Origin: Adineta vaga
Lineage: Eukaryota > Animalia > Rotifera
Assembly (NCBI GenBank): GCA_021613535.1
Contig: CP075494.1
Span: 8,990,001 to 9,054,000, forward strand
DNA: 64,000 nt
Direction: 5' to 3'
The notes beneath the pieces were generated by a model, which saw only the letters and a program-made list of their open reading frames with translations, did no database searches and was not told where the DNA came from. Every line of letters starts with the position of its first letter. The stretch's first letter is position 1. Position numbers and translations under genes: made by a program. This document shows positions 1-14,358 of the stretch, piece by piece.

Positions 1-1812
<1,812 letters not shown>

Positions 1813-1929
1813 TCATGAGTTTGTTTAAGTGATATCAGATTGAAAGTATATGTTTATCTGAATGTTACCAATTAGAATTCGAGAAGATAGTTGAAGGCTA
1901 TCGAAGTGGTTTATTTTGTAAAGATATTA

Positions 1930-2868
1930 CTAATTAAGTTCATGATTTCGTTTTCGACGTCGACAACAACATCGGTAAGAAATTATTAGAATGAGAAAAG
2001 CAAATATTGATAATAGATAAAACCATTTCGAAGAAGAATATTTTCGTATTCGATGATAAAAATATAGAATCACTCGAGCATCTTGTCCATGCCAGGAATT
2101 ACCTGGCGTATGCCAAGTATATATCGATGAATAGACGATTTCATCAAGAATACGTATTGCTGCTGATTCTGATGTTGTATCAAAATAAAATTCATTAATC
2201 GAAAGATATGTTGGACCGGCAGTCATCATTACTGTTAAATAACCAATCAAATAATTGTGATTGAAAATAGAAAGATGTGAAATAAGCATTCGAAATAATG
2301 GATGATTTTTCGTTGATATCATAAAACCATTCGAAATACCAACAGGAGCTGTACGTGGAAAAGCAGCAAGATGTATTGATTGTGAATCAAGTGCTTCTAA
2401 CGTATTCAATAGACTTTCAAAGGATTGATAACAACCATTATCCATATCAATATAAATTCCACCTAAACGATGTAAAACAATATAACGAAACGCATCAATA
2501 CGTTGAATATCAAATGGATATTTAAGAAATGTATGTTCATATAGATATGGTTCTTCTTGATGAACAAATTGATGAATATCTTCATCTGTCCATAGACGAT
2601 ATTCGAATTGATGATCATTATATTGACGTACAGATTCGACAGTTCGATTCCAACGTTCTGGTACCTGTCGTATTTTCCATGTTTGATGAATAATACGTGG
2701 TATTCGACGATGGGAAGTAGAATTTGTGAGAGTTTGTCTTGTAAATTGATTAATATGTGCTTCAGTAAGAAAAACGCGTGTAGAACGACGACGAAAGAAT
2801 ATGAAATAGATTAGAAAAATAAGAATTGCTCCATAAAATGATCGATGTATGTAAGTGCGACAGCGCAT
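1930..2868 (-). CDS. GT32 DXD glycosyltransferase, MIPC synthase SUR1/CSH1-like; intronless
   Basis: Motifs IPRIIHQTWK, YRLWTDED, IQRIDAFRY, GGIYIDMD (DXD), ISNGFM and TAGP. N- and C-terminal TM segments are present. First ATG (MRCRT) is at 2868; the ORF track starts at a non-ATG codon at 2961. Confidence 0.85.
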   Translation of the reverse strand: MRCRTYIHRSFYGAILIFLIYFIFFRRRSTRVFLTEAHINQFTRQTLTNSTSHRRIPRIIHQTWKIRQVPERWNRTVESVRQYNDHQFEYRLWTDEDIHQFVHQEEPYLYEHTFLKYPFDIQRIDAFRYIVLHRLGGIYIDMDNGCYQSFESLLNTLEALDSQSIHLAAFPRTAPVGISNGFMISTKNHPLFRMLISHLSIFNHNYLIGYLTVMMTAGPTYLSINEFYFDTTSESAAIRILDEIVYSSIYTWHTPGNSWHGQDARVILYFYHRIRKYSSSKWFYLLSIFAFLILIISYRCCCRRRKRNHELN

Positions 2869-5867
2869 TGAAAATATATATGAAAAAGAAAATGAAAGGA
2901 GCTTTCGTAGTATTGATTTTAAGGTATTATTCTTTGAAAGAAATACACGAAAGGCAAACAAGCCATTTTCAACTTATAGAAGAATTTTACTTGAATGACG
3001 AGTATACTGTTATTATTATTCTTTGTTTTTATTCTTCATTACCTTTTCAGTTCGAATATGAAAGGGAGTCTTTTTGAAAATAGATTTATCGGAAGTTGTG
3101 AAAGCGACAAAATTAAGCCATTGGTTTTAATGAAATATGATCAATGTCATCACTGCATCCACGTTGTTTCTGTTGGATTATGAATAAATATTATGATATA
3201 TATATGAGTCATGCAAGTTTGTATTGCTATCAGTAGGATGCACAGAAGCAATATATTTTATACTTCTATTTGTAATTTATGATGAAAAGAAAGAAAAAGA
3301 AGTAAAGCTTTTTATTTTTTATTACCTACATGGAAAACTATGTCTCCTGTATTGATAGCAAGAGAATCTTGTTTTATTTGACATATGATTTGCTCTTCGA
3401 TTCCTATACTCAAGTTTCATGAAATTAACTACTCTTTAGACGTCGTATATACATACAAGTGCTACGATATGTATTCTTGATAGAGAATATTAATGATTTA
3501 TAACGAAAAATGAAGATGAAATTATGTAACTCTACCACTACTCTTGACAATGATATTCTGTTCATGTCAATGTAAATGCATCGTTACATATACGAATACG
3601 AAGGACATGTACATAGGAAAGAACATTGTCGAAACAAAAGATATGAACAGATAGAAGGACGTGTATGTATACAATGTTAGTAGTGAGATTTTCCATAGGA
3701 AAAGTCCCAAAACAGTAGAAATGTGTCTCTAGGCTTATCAAACGGTAAAATTTCCAATTGAATTTGAGTTTGATAAAAAAAACTGATAGTATCTGTCATA
3801 TTATATTGAAGATGAATAGACTATCTTTGAAATCACACTAAGAAAAAGTACATATTGTTTTTTTTCATCTTCGTAATATTCATCAATATTTTCCACGTCT
3901 TTTATCATTTAAATTTCGATACGAAAACATATCTCAACGAATTTTATAGGCAAAAATATTGAAGCCAATCCTTTATAATGAGTACGATAACAATGTTTTA
4001 TTATATCTAAGAGAATTTTAATCATAATCACAAAATATGACACGTATGTCTCAAAATAATACCATGTCAAATTATCCGTCTTTTATTCATCAATATTTTT
4101 AGAGAAACGACATATAAAAAGAACGATTTTTCATTCGTTAATAATCGTTCTTGAGTGCACCTTGTTACCTCGAACGTTTCTTTGAGCATGAATTTATGCG
4201 TGCATGAAAGAATTAACAAAGTTTGACATATAATCTCTAGGAAATAGGCTTAGATAATCCTAAAGATAGTTTCTTCAATACAAACTTGATCATCTTTCTC
4301 AACGAAACAAACTACTCATATGATATATAATTCAGTTTAATCTAATTTCTTCTACCCAACGTCATACTGTTACAAGCTATCGAACAGATTACTTAAGTAT
4401 GAAACACACAAAATTTCTCAAGGACATTTAATGAATACACTCAAAGACTTTCGTATTGCATCAACTATATAATTAACATATTTAGTTCAATCAGTCTCTC
4501 ATTCAAATATAAGAATTTTCTTTTGCTGGATGCTTATCGTCTAGTAAAAATAGAATCTATTAACATATTTTCTAGGATTTTATCATAATAACAATGAATA
4601 TCAACAATCTTTCTAATCAAGAAAACTTCTAATCCTCAAGAGCATTCTGTCTTTCTTTTTTAGTATCTCAGTCAGTCCAATGCTTGATATGTATTCTCTA
4701 CGAATTACCATTTCAGTTTTGCATCCACCAATTTATTTTCATGAACTCTTTCGATAATAGTTCGTTGAACCAAAACTACGTCAACTTGTTGCATGTTTTA
4801 ATAATTAAATAAGCATTTGACTGGATATATTATGTATCTAGAAAAGTTTTTTTAATACTGTAACACCTTGAAGACTGCTTATATTTTCATAATACATTGT
4901 TATCTCGATAGTTTTTAATTTCAAATGCAAGTTCGGTAATTTAGCTGTTAGAGAGAAGTACTTTTCACCTTTTCTGTTATATATGTATATATATTCAAGT
5001 AAAATCATAACGGAAGAAAAATTCATTTCGAATAAAGAATGCTGATGATATATTATTTGAGTATGTTTTTGATTAATACCATCTGGCGACAGATAATCAG
5101 TAAGCAATTTTTGTCGCAACAATGTATTGAACTCGTGCAATTATAAGATCACTTGCTTTAGTTCTCTTTTACAGTTATATACATTAGAAAACAGAGAAAT
5201 TATTATTTTTTCTCATTTCACTCTTTCATATATTTTGAAATAGAGATTTCTCTTACGAAGACACTTATAAATTCAAGTAGGGGTTAAAATTATGTTGGAA
5301 CTATAATAAAAAAAAAGAAAAGAATGAGAAGAAGAGAAATACAACAGAGATTGTCATAGAAATTAGATGCTATGTCATAAAAAGAGAAAGAAAAATGAGA
5401 AGAATAAGTCAGATTCATTCTTTTTTTGACAATCGAGAGAAACTTCGGGCAAAGGTCATGTTATACACTTAGTTGCATTTGATAATTTTACTCATTGGCA
5501 TCATTTTAAATAATTCCTCTTATCTCAGAAGAAAGAAAAAACTAAATTTCCGAACTATTTTCATAGTTAGAAATAAAAAAAGAGAAGAAAAAAATACTTT
5601 AGTATAAATCATTGAAAGATATTTTCTATTCAGTTTTCATACATAAAATAAAGTCGTAGGCAACTATTAAAGTATATTCAATTAATATACTCAAAAGGAA
5701 ACACAATTTCTCCGACGAAGTCGTTACTAAAAGACGTCATTACGAATAGTATGAGATGCGAACATTAGTTCTTTAGCCATATTTCTTTTTATAGTAGCAT
5801 GTAATTATCGTTACACTGTTTGACATTACACAGAACTAGAGAAAACTCATCTATATTCTTTTCTAGA

Positions 5868-6972
5868 ATGCATCAAGTTCCGAATGAAACTATGAAACGT
5901 TTTTCTATTCCACCTTCAGCAATGCCAAGATTACCATCTGTAGACCATTCAGTTGGTCAACATCTTCTATGGATCAGTAGACAACAACAACAACATCCAT
6001 CACTTCATGCACATCCATTAAAGAATACGATACGAGTTAATTCACGTGGTACACGTTTTAAATTTGATGGCAAACAATGGCGACCTTTATGCCAATCAAC
6101 GGACGGATATGAATGTCGAAATCTAGCATTTCGATCCTCATTATGTCAAAAACATTTCTATAAAGTACATCTGTTCAAACGGCCATATATTCAAAAACCT
6201 ATCTCATCAACACAAATGCCAGCAATTCCACCGATATCACTCAAACGGCCATTACTAGTTGAATATGATGAATCCCAAGCAAAACAAGAAAAGAAAAGCA
6301 ATGAAGAATCGAAAGAAACAGATGAAGATGAGGATGATTTGATTGAAGTTATTGAAAATCATGATGTAAGTTGAATGAAAATAAAATACGTATCCTCTCA
6401 ATGATTATTTTCAGGCCATAGTCAGTAAATCAGAGTATAGATTTTTTTCAATTGATGATGAGCCACAAACAGTTATAAACACTTCAACCGCTCCGTTCAG
6501 TATTCGACCAGAAGGAGCAACTAAACGTTCAAATTCAATAACGACTGAATCTACAATGTCAAATGAATCTGAATCATTACATTCAATTTCATCAATTTCA
6601 AAGATAAATGAATCCATTCGTCTCGATGTTCCACCATTGACACGTACAGAAGAAAAATCTCTTGCAAATGAATTAATCACACAATTACCAGACGATGTTT
6701 CGTTAATAATTGGTGAACAAACAGCTCGACGACGTGTTTGTGAAATTGTGTTCGATAATTATTCTCAAAAACTTTTCTTAGAAAACATGTCATCCAATTG
6801 GTTTTATGATTTTCTTCTACGCAATCCGCGTGTACCGATACATTTTCAATCCTGGTTTTCTTCAGTCAAACCAACATTACCGAATTCAGATCATTTAGTC
6901 GATATCAAAATATGGGAACTCGGCCTTATTACCCGATCGTTTACACCATCCGCATCATCGTCGTCACCTTAA
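5868..6972 (+). CDS. Uncharacterised putative nuclear protein: Capicua-N1-like Cys/His motif, acidic linker, CENP-B-like HTH; at least two exons (intron ~6366-6414)
   Basis: ORFs 5820-6374 and 6556-6972 join through a GT..AG intron. Motifs FKFDGKQWRPLC..C..LCQKH and SSNWFYDFLLRNP. An acceptor AG lies just before the ATG, so an upstream exon is possible. Confidence 0.7.
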
Positions 6973-7006
6973 AAAAACGTATTTGTTGTTTTATTGTAAT
7001 TCTGTT

Positions 7007-7886
7007 TCATATAAATATAAGTAACAAAAAAACAAAAACTAAAAGAGATAAATTCATTGAAAATGATGGAGCGATGTTATTCAATATTTTAGTAAAATAA
7101 TTTCGAACATTGACATGTACATCATCAATAGCAACTACATTATCCGGATTGGAATAATTTGCACCTGCAGCAGCAAAACCATGTGACACGTTAAGATAAG
7201 TTTTATATTCACATAGTTTGCTAATATTGAAAGTTGCTCGTTCAATTGCACCTGATATATTTGGATGAAGTGCAGGATCATTTGAAGCTGCAATAAAAAA
7301 CATTGGTTTTTGTAATAAGCTAACTTCTGAAACTGTGATTGACGAGCCATGAATGGATACACCAGTTGAAAATAATGAAGAAAGATTTGAACAAGCACGA
7401 ACAACTTGTAATCCACCCCAGCAAAATCCAATTAGACCAATTTGATTGATTGATTGATTGATCCGTAACCAATTTGCAATATTTGTTAAATCATTGGAGA
7501 TTATTGACCAATTACCAACACTAGCTAACCACGGTTGAAAATTTCCTGTTGACGGTGCAGCTGTATCTCGAAAGACATCTGGCATAACTACTCGAATCGA
7601 ATATTCCGATGCAAGACGATCACAAAATACACGAGTTTGTGATATATTAAAACCACGAATATCATAGAGAACAATTACTGCGAAATTCTTAGTATTTTGT
7701 CCAACTGAATACACATTGAGATCACCTACTCGAATTACTTGACCTTTCGGATAAGTATCATTCCACGACAATCCATTGATTGTTTGAATAGCTACAAATA
7801 CAATTTTCAAGAAGTTTTTGATTCTTATATAAAAATTCTTTACCGAAAAATCCAGTATAAATCAACAGTATTGATAAGAAATGCAT
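7007..7886 (-). CDS. Dienelactone hydrolase family (CMBL-like) with signal peptide and hydrophobic C-terminal tail; two exons
   Basis: Nucleophile elbow GFCWGG, Asp in SNDP and His in HGF. A first exon 7886-7844 (MHFLSILLIYTGFF) splices in frame to AIQTINGLSW. C-terminus NNIAPSFSMNLSLLVFVFLLLIFI. Confidence 0.88.
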
Positions 7887-9075
7887 CTTTCATACGTATC
7901 GTACGATAAATAAGCGAGATAATTTATGCTTTGATGTGCATCTATTATATAACGATAATATAAGTAAAGATTAAGAACGATATACAGAATACAAAACAGA
8001 AAGAAATAAAAACGTTTTTCTCTCTCCTTATATAAATAATAACGTACTCTTTCAATGAAAATAAGACCTGGAAATAATTATTAATCTATAAAGCATGAGT
8101 AAGGCTTAGTAGGTAAGTAAGTATACTCTATTCTACCTGTATGAATATAGAAAATAGGTATAAATTATTTACAAAACAAAAACTAGGGGTTTTAGATTGC
8201 ACTTACATATATATATATACTATATAATTAACAATCATTGTTGTCAAAAAGTACGGATGAAAGGGATCATTGTTGTTACTTGTAAATCTTTTTATTCGAA
8301 TGGCTTTAGTATATAATCATAAATTTGATTACTATAAATAAATATCACTTTGACATTTTTATTTAACGACCAACTGTGCAAAAACATTTATACATATATA
8401 AGAAAATAATCTCGTACAAGATAACATAAGAAGCAATTCAAAATAAACTTTTAACTTTGTATGAAAAAAATAATGTTGGCCTGAAGAATTCTATTACAAA
8501 TTCTTGAAAAAGTTAGAAGGAATCAAATCTGATGATTTTATTTGCTATGTCTTCAACTGTTATTTAAGATTGTGTAAATTCAAACAGGATATTTGAGAAA
8601 GTCTGCTGTTATTCAGACCTTACAATGGTTTCATATATACAGAAAATGAATTCTTCGACGATATTCGTCTTCCATAACATTTTTTCGAATAGAATCAAAA
8701 ACGAAATCTTCTCTATAGTTATTACATAGATGGCGAGACTTCAAATCATATTTAAAAAACGAAACTCATTAAGTTCAAAAACATGATTTATTCCCGAAAG
8801 GAAATTTGATCAGTTTAACATTTTCCAATCGAGTTCACTATATTCACATTGCATGTTGTCTAACGTAGGATTATCTTAATTAGTTCATTGAAGTTCGACC
8901 AAAACTAATCTGTATTTTTATTTCTTGAAAATTTACATATGGAATAGGAAAGAAAAAAGTTCCCTTTCATTTCTAGTCATTATCCTCTAGATGCTTTCAA
9001 CTATTGTTTTCAAATGTGTATTCTTTGTTATAGAAAATCATTATTATATTGATAAGTGTGTGAAACATACAATAC

Positions 9076-10678
9076 ATGGCTACACCCTTTTTACGAAGTA
9101 GCTTAAGTTTAACTTCGAATCGAAATGATTATCGTCAAGAACAAGTTCGTTTGCGTGCACTTTATCAACGAGCCAGTACGTATTTTCAAAGAATTGATAT
9201 TCATTAGATTGTTAATCGTTGTTCTATTTCTTATCAGATACTTTATGTAGCAAACTAGCTCGTCCATCATTTATTTCCAATGCAGCATTTCAAGATATTG
9301 AACAAGCTTATATGACACTTTGTGAGCAATTTCAAGACCAACGAGATCAATTTAAAAAACGCAATCATCTTATCAAACCAAATACTCAACAGTAAAATTT
9401 CGCGTTTTATTTTTTTTGAATTCATTTTGATATATTCCATTCTATAGATCAATAATTGGAATAAATGGCCTACGTCGATATATAAATTCTACACCAAAGT
9501 AAAGTCATAACTCTATTTCTGTTCATTATTCAAAAAGAATATTCAATCATTAGTTCACTACGACAAGTAAATAGTACTGAAGTAGATGAATTAGATCCTT
9601 TAGTGAATGATATTCAAAATATTTTGAATAGAATTTTGCAACAACTTCAACAGGTAAATATATCTCAATGATTTTCTCAAATTAATCGATTGTTTAGTGT
9701 CCTTTTAAATCTTCACGTGATTATAATAAAACATTTCAAAGTGATAAATTTCCTAAGAAATCAAATTTACGATCATCAAAAGTTCCAAAAAATCCACCAC
9801 CCAATGTGATCATTCAAAGACTCTACGCAATCGATTTAGATATATGTGCGAAATGGATAGTTGCATCATTTGATGGTCGAATCTATTTCTGTAATTCTGA
9901 TGGTGATATACGTATTTATTCATATTCACGTCGTTTTCATCGACAACCATTATTAACTGAACGATTTTATCTTTCGATAACTCGTCTAATTTCAGCATTT
10001 ACTGTTACACAAGATTATTTAATAACCTATGAAAATGATACACATATCATTACATTACATACGTATCATGGTGCATTATTAGTTCGTTCAAATTTTTCAT
10101 ACGAACCAACAATGATGATTCGTTGTGATTATTTAACTAGAAATCAATTTTGGATATGTAGTCGTTTGAAACATCAATGTGTTCAATTTCAAATCAATCA
10201 TTTAACAAAAGATATACGTCCCATACGTGAACTAGATTATAAACAACCGATTGCAAATGTTTTAATCGATCCAATTGATATTTCCATTGATGAACAACAA
10301 CGTTTTGCTATACATGATGGAAATAAGATTACAACAGATCGTTTATTAATTTATTCAAATAATCAATATAAAATCACACCATTAGATTTACTTAAATATA
10401 CAGATCGAGATGGTTTATCTCGTATTGAACGAGTTTTATTACTACCAAAATATCCAAACTTAATTCTTCTTATTCGTATACCACAATCAACAAATTTACA
10501 AGAAATTCTAATTGTTGATATATCATCGGACCCTCCTAAAACACTTGCTTGCTTAACAGAACTCAATGAAATACAAAGTATTGATTTAACCTTAAATGGA
10601 GAATTAATTTATACGATTAAACCACCAATTAATAAACGAATAATCTCAAAAATCTTTATTTACAGTTTAATTAACTAA
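9076..10678 (+). CDS. Uncharacterised protein: helical/coiled-coil N-terminus plus putative beta-propeller; five exons
   Basis: Exons 9076-9175, 9238-9391, 9448-9498, 9554-9653 and 9698-10678 join in frame through GT-AG introns (MATPFLRSS...ILNRILQQLQQ|CPFK). The last exon has blade-like strands (PIDISIDEQQRFAIHD, IQSIDLTLNGELIY). Confidence 0.7.
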
Positions 10679-12981
10679 TCAATGCATTCATTTCAACACA
10701 TTCAAATTGAAGATTCAAAGACATTTTTTATGAATAAAATTTAAAATATATTTTCTATACAATCAACAAAAATCTCTTTTCATTATTCTCAAATTCTATT
10801 GAATCTGTAAACTTACCTAATGTTCAAGTAATTTACAGGAAAAAAAGTCTGGAATGCCCCTTCATAATTCTGAAATATTTTACATCTAATATGCACATCA
10901 AGGATATGTAACCCAAATGAGAAAAAACTTTTCATATATAATTAATATTTATTTGTTCAATGAGAGAAAAACCACTCAGTTTGATTAATTCTAATGGTTC
11001 TTAGGCAACAACGACCTGCGACTTTTTAATAAATTCTATATTTTGTCCTATCATTGTCGAACAGAAACACAATTAATCTGCGATTCATCGTTTATATTCG
11101 ATCAAAATACAAAGAGGATTCAACTCTCATGAAAGTATACTTATTTATTTTTATGACCTTCGATGAGCAAGGAATACTGATGTTCGATGGAATATACTTA
11201 TAATTTATTGTTTTTCTCATTAAATTTTATTGATCTAATGAGAAGTTTTCTTCAATAGTTTGAATAAACATATCTTGATATTTAGTTATTCTTCTCCAAG
11301 GATTTTTAATCATCGAATATATATAGTTGATACATGCATTTGTTTTACACGATATAATTATACTTTTTCGTTTCGTCATTCTCTTTCTCATGTGTATTAT
11401 CAAGTATTATCATGGTCAAATTATTAATAGACATCACGCGATGTTATTTTGATTAATTGAAATATTTCAATACGATCATGTTGGTTTGTTTCAACTAGAA
11501 TTAGTCATTCTTCTGCAGAATTAACTTTAATATTTCATGTAAAATTTAGTTTTACTTCTTCAACATGTTAGTTGATATGATTACTACTCATGTGTTCAAT
11601 TGTTGATAAAATTGTAGAGAACGTTCATAATTTCCTCTCGTCTCCATTTAGTAAGCGTTCTTTTTTTTTCTCAACATTTAATAACTGATGATTTCTTTTG
11701 AAATCTCATCGTAAAAAAAGTAATATCAAATCATAGACTAAGCGTTCATTTTCAGTCGATCTAAGTATACTAAATTGAAGTTGTTCTTGAAGAATTTTGT
11801 TTCAAATAACAGCAATCTTTTTTCGACTTATTCTCTCATCAGAACATGGATGACAACATACGAGAGAGAATGATGATTTGTCAATTGTATTTCTTCGGAT
11901 TCTACAATAGAATTAATAGCGTGAATTTTTATTTCAATTTATTCTTCCATCTCGATCTTGTTTCGTTTGTCGTTCATGTCTGAATAAATCGAATGCAGAC
12001 TTTTAAGAATGATTGAATGAACGCATACATTGCTAATTGCTAGCAGATCGATTTTTTTCTTCTTCTTATGTGTGTTCTATTAAGAAAAAGCACATACAAA
12101 ACTCGACGTCATTCAATAGAGAAGAACAGAACAACAAAAGCGATCATTTTCGTTCCTTATCGTCTTTTTCTCCTAATCGAAGATCTATAAAAGAAAAAAA
12201 GAACAACAACAACAAACAATAGAAGACATCAATGATGACTTAGAGATGTAAGTTTGCTTTTTTCCTCTAGTATCGATACCTTCTACTTCCAGCTTCTAAT
12301 GACGTTTTAATCAACATAAATAAGAGAAGAAGATATGGTTTTCTTTCTCTCTTAAACCATAGCATTCCTAAATAAGTACAACATCTCTTATTTCATTTCA
12401 TCCATTAAGAAACTATTATAAATATTTCATCGAAGACGATTAATACATACGTTGTTATTTCTAAGATAAAGAAGCAACTTATTTAAATAAAGAATATAGA
12501 ATAAATCTGATTTCTTTTCATTCTTTTTTTGCTCCTTCTTCTAATAAGTTCACCATGGAATATTCCTATTTCTTTTCAGAGAATGCAAAAGAAGAAAAAA
12601 AAGTCGAGGAAAAAAGAATAATAATTCTAAGTAAGCAAGATCTCGAAGTATTTGTGTTCATATGTATGTATGTTCTTATCAAATAGGGGGAAAAAAGACG
12701 AGAAGAAAAAAAACCAGATCATTAATAATATCGACGACATCATATTCTTCTCTTGTTCTCTGCATTGTGTTGTGTTTGCATCTTAATCAATTTTCTTCGA
12801 AACAATCGTAATAACTTCGATTGATTTCCTTATTTTGTTTTTTCTTGTAGTATGTTTTGAATTTCTTATACACGTAGAGAATACTTGATGTGTGTGTTCG
12901 TAGATGACGATAAGTGGCAAAAAGAACAATATCGATTAATATTAATAAAAACAACAATGATGAACATCAACATTACTAATC

Positions 12982-13569
12982 ATGTTCCCATTCAATCATA
13001 TCAAAAAATCAATAACAGTATCCGGCGCATCAGATATTATTTCAACATCATCTATCTATCGTTTATTAAACAGTAGTAAGCAAGAAAAACGACGACAGGA
13101 TATAACGAATTCTATTACTATTACTTCGCTGCTTTCAAATACGACTTCCACTTCAACAACTCAATATCAACAAATTTCATTTGACGAACCCTATTCCGCT
13201 AAAACAGGAATTAAGACAGCGGCTCTTCTTGGCGGTATGTTATTTATGATAAAACAAAAAGATATTTGATTTATTTTCTCGTTGAAAAATTTTCATTTAT
13301 TTATTCAAGCATGAATGTTAACTGATTGAGACGAAAATATTCTATTTAATATAATTGAAAAATAAAACTATTGTTTTCCACAAAGAGAAAGTTGCTTGAT
13401 GATAGGAACGTACTTATAATGAACAGTAACAAGTGATTATAAAACAATTTCGATTTTAGCAAAGACAAATATCCTTTGTATTGTTAAGAATTAGTTTCAC
13501 AAAGAGGCAGTGTGAGACACTATTCCTTTTCTCATTCAAAGCATTATAATCAATTTGCATCTCATCTTT

Positions 13570-13601
<32 letters not shown>

Positions 13602-14264
13602 GTAGGTATGTTATTACTTGCTGTTCTTTATTTATGTTGGAAAGCACGTTCTCGTCTATGTCGTGCATTACGATTATCATCATCTGATATTAGTAATCCG
13701 CATCTTGCATCAAATAAATTTGATTTAGATTATTGGTTGAAACAAGTGGATATACTTGAAGCCAGAGAAGCCGAACGAAATCGTGAAAATCTTTCACCAT
13801 ACTTAGAATTACCTGTCGAAAAACCACGTAATAATGAATTGGCAACTGCTACATGGATTATGGATGCATGGCGACAACGACGTCTCATTCAATATCAACA
13901 ACAACATCATCTCCTTCAATCAAGAACGAGCGAACCAGCAGAATCAAATCTGTTGGTTTATCGACGACGGCGCCGGATGTTACAACGTTTTCTTCGACGT
14001 TTCCTTGTTTCATCTCATCAACGGCCATCTTTTCTCATCAGTTATTCACCATCATTTATTGCTGATATGAGACCAAGTATAGTACATGATAGTTTAATTC
14101 TACCAACCGAAACAATGGATATTCCTCCACGACGAGTTGCTTCTTGGCCTCGTTTAAATTCTACTCATCATCAAAACGAAACAATGATGAGTGCATTACG
14201 AACACAAAATGCTAGAAAACGTCTTCTCAAACGCCCGTCAAGAACAACAACATTTGATATATGA
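12982..14264 (+). CDS. Uncharacterised single-pass membrane protein; two coding exons (intron 13235-13605)
   Basis: A Ser/Thr-rich N-terminus splices in phase 1 to give YSAKTGIKTAALLGGMLLLAVLYLCWK (TM), followed by a basic, low-complexity tail. Confidence 0.7.
13567..13601 (+). repeat. (TTTC)n microsatellite forming the polypyrimidine tract of the 371-nt intron
   Basis: About 8 TTTC units directly before the acceptor AG at 13604-13605. Confidence 0.9.
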
Positions 14265-14358
14265 AAACGCACACGCACACACAAAGAAAATGTTCAGTGT
14301 TTTTCGTTTTTTTTACTTGTTTCTTGTTTATGAAATAAAGATAGAGTTCAATTAGTAA

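Noticed and set aside
4838-5140. 100-aa minus-strand ORF
   Set aside because: Non-ATG start, no motif and AT-rich composition; likely chance.
9465-9485. ATG at 9465 as the start of the propeller gene
   Set aside because: It hits TAA after 6 codons; the five-exon model from 9076 is fully in frame.
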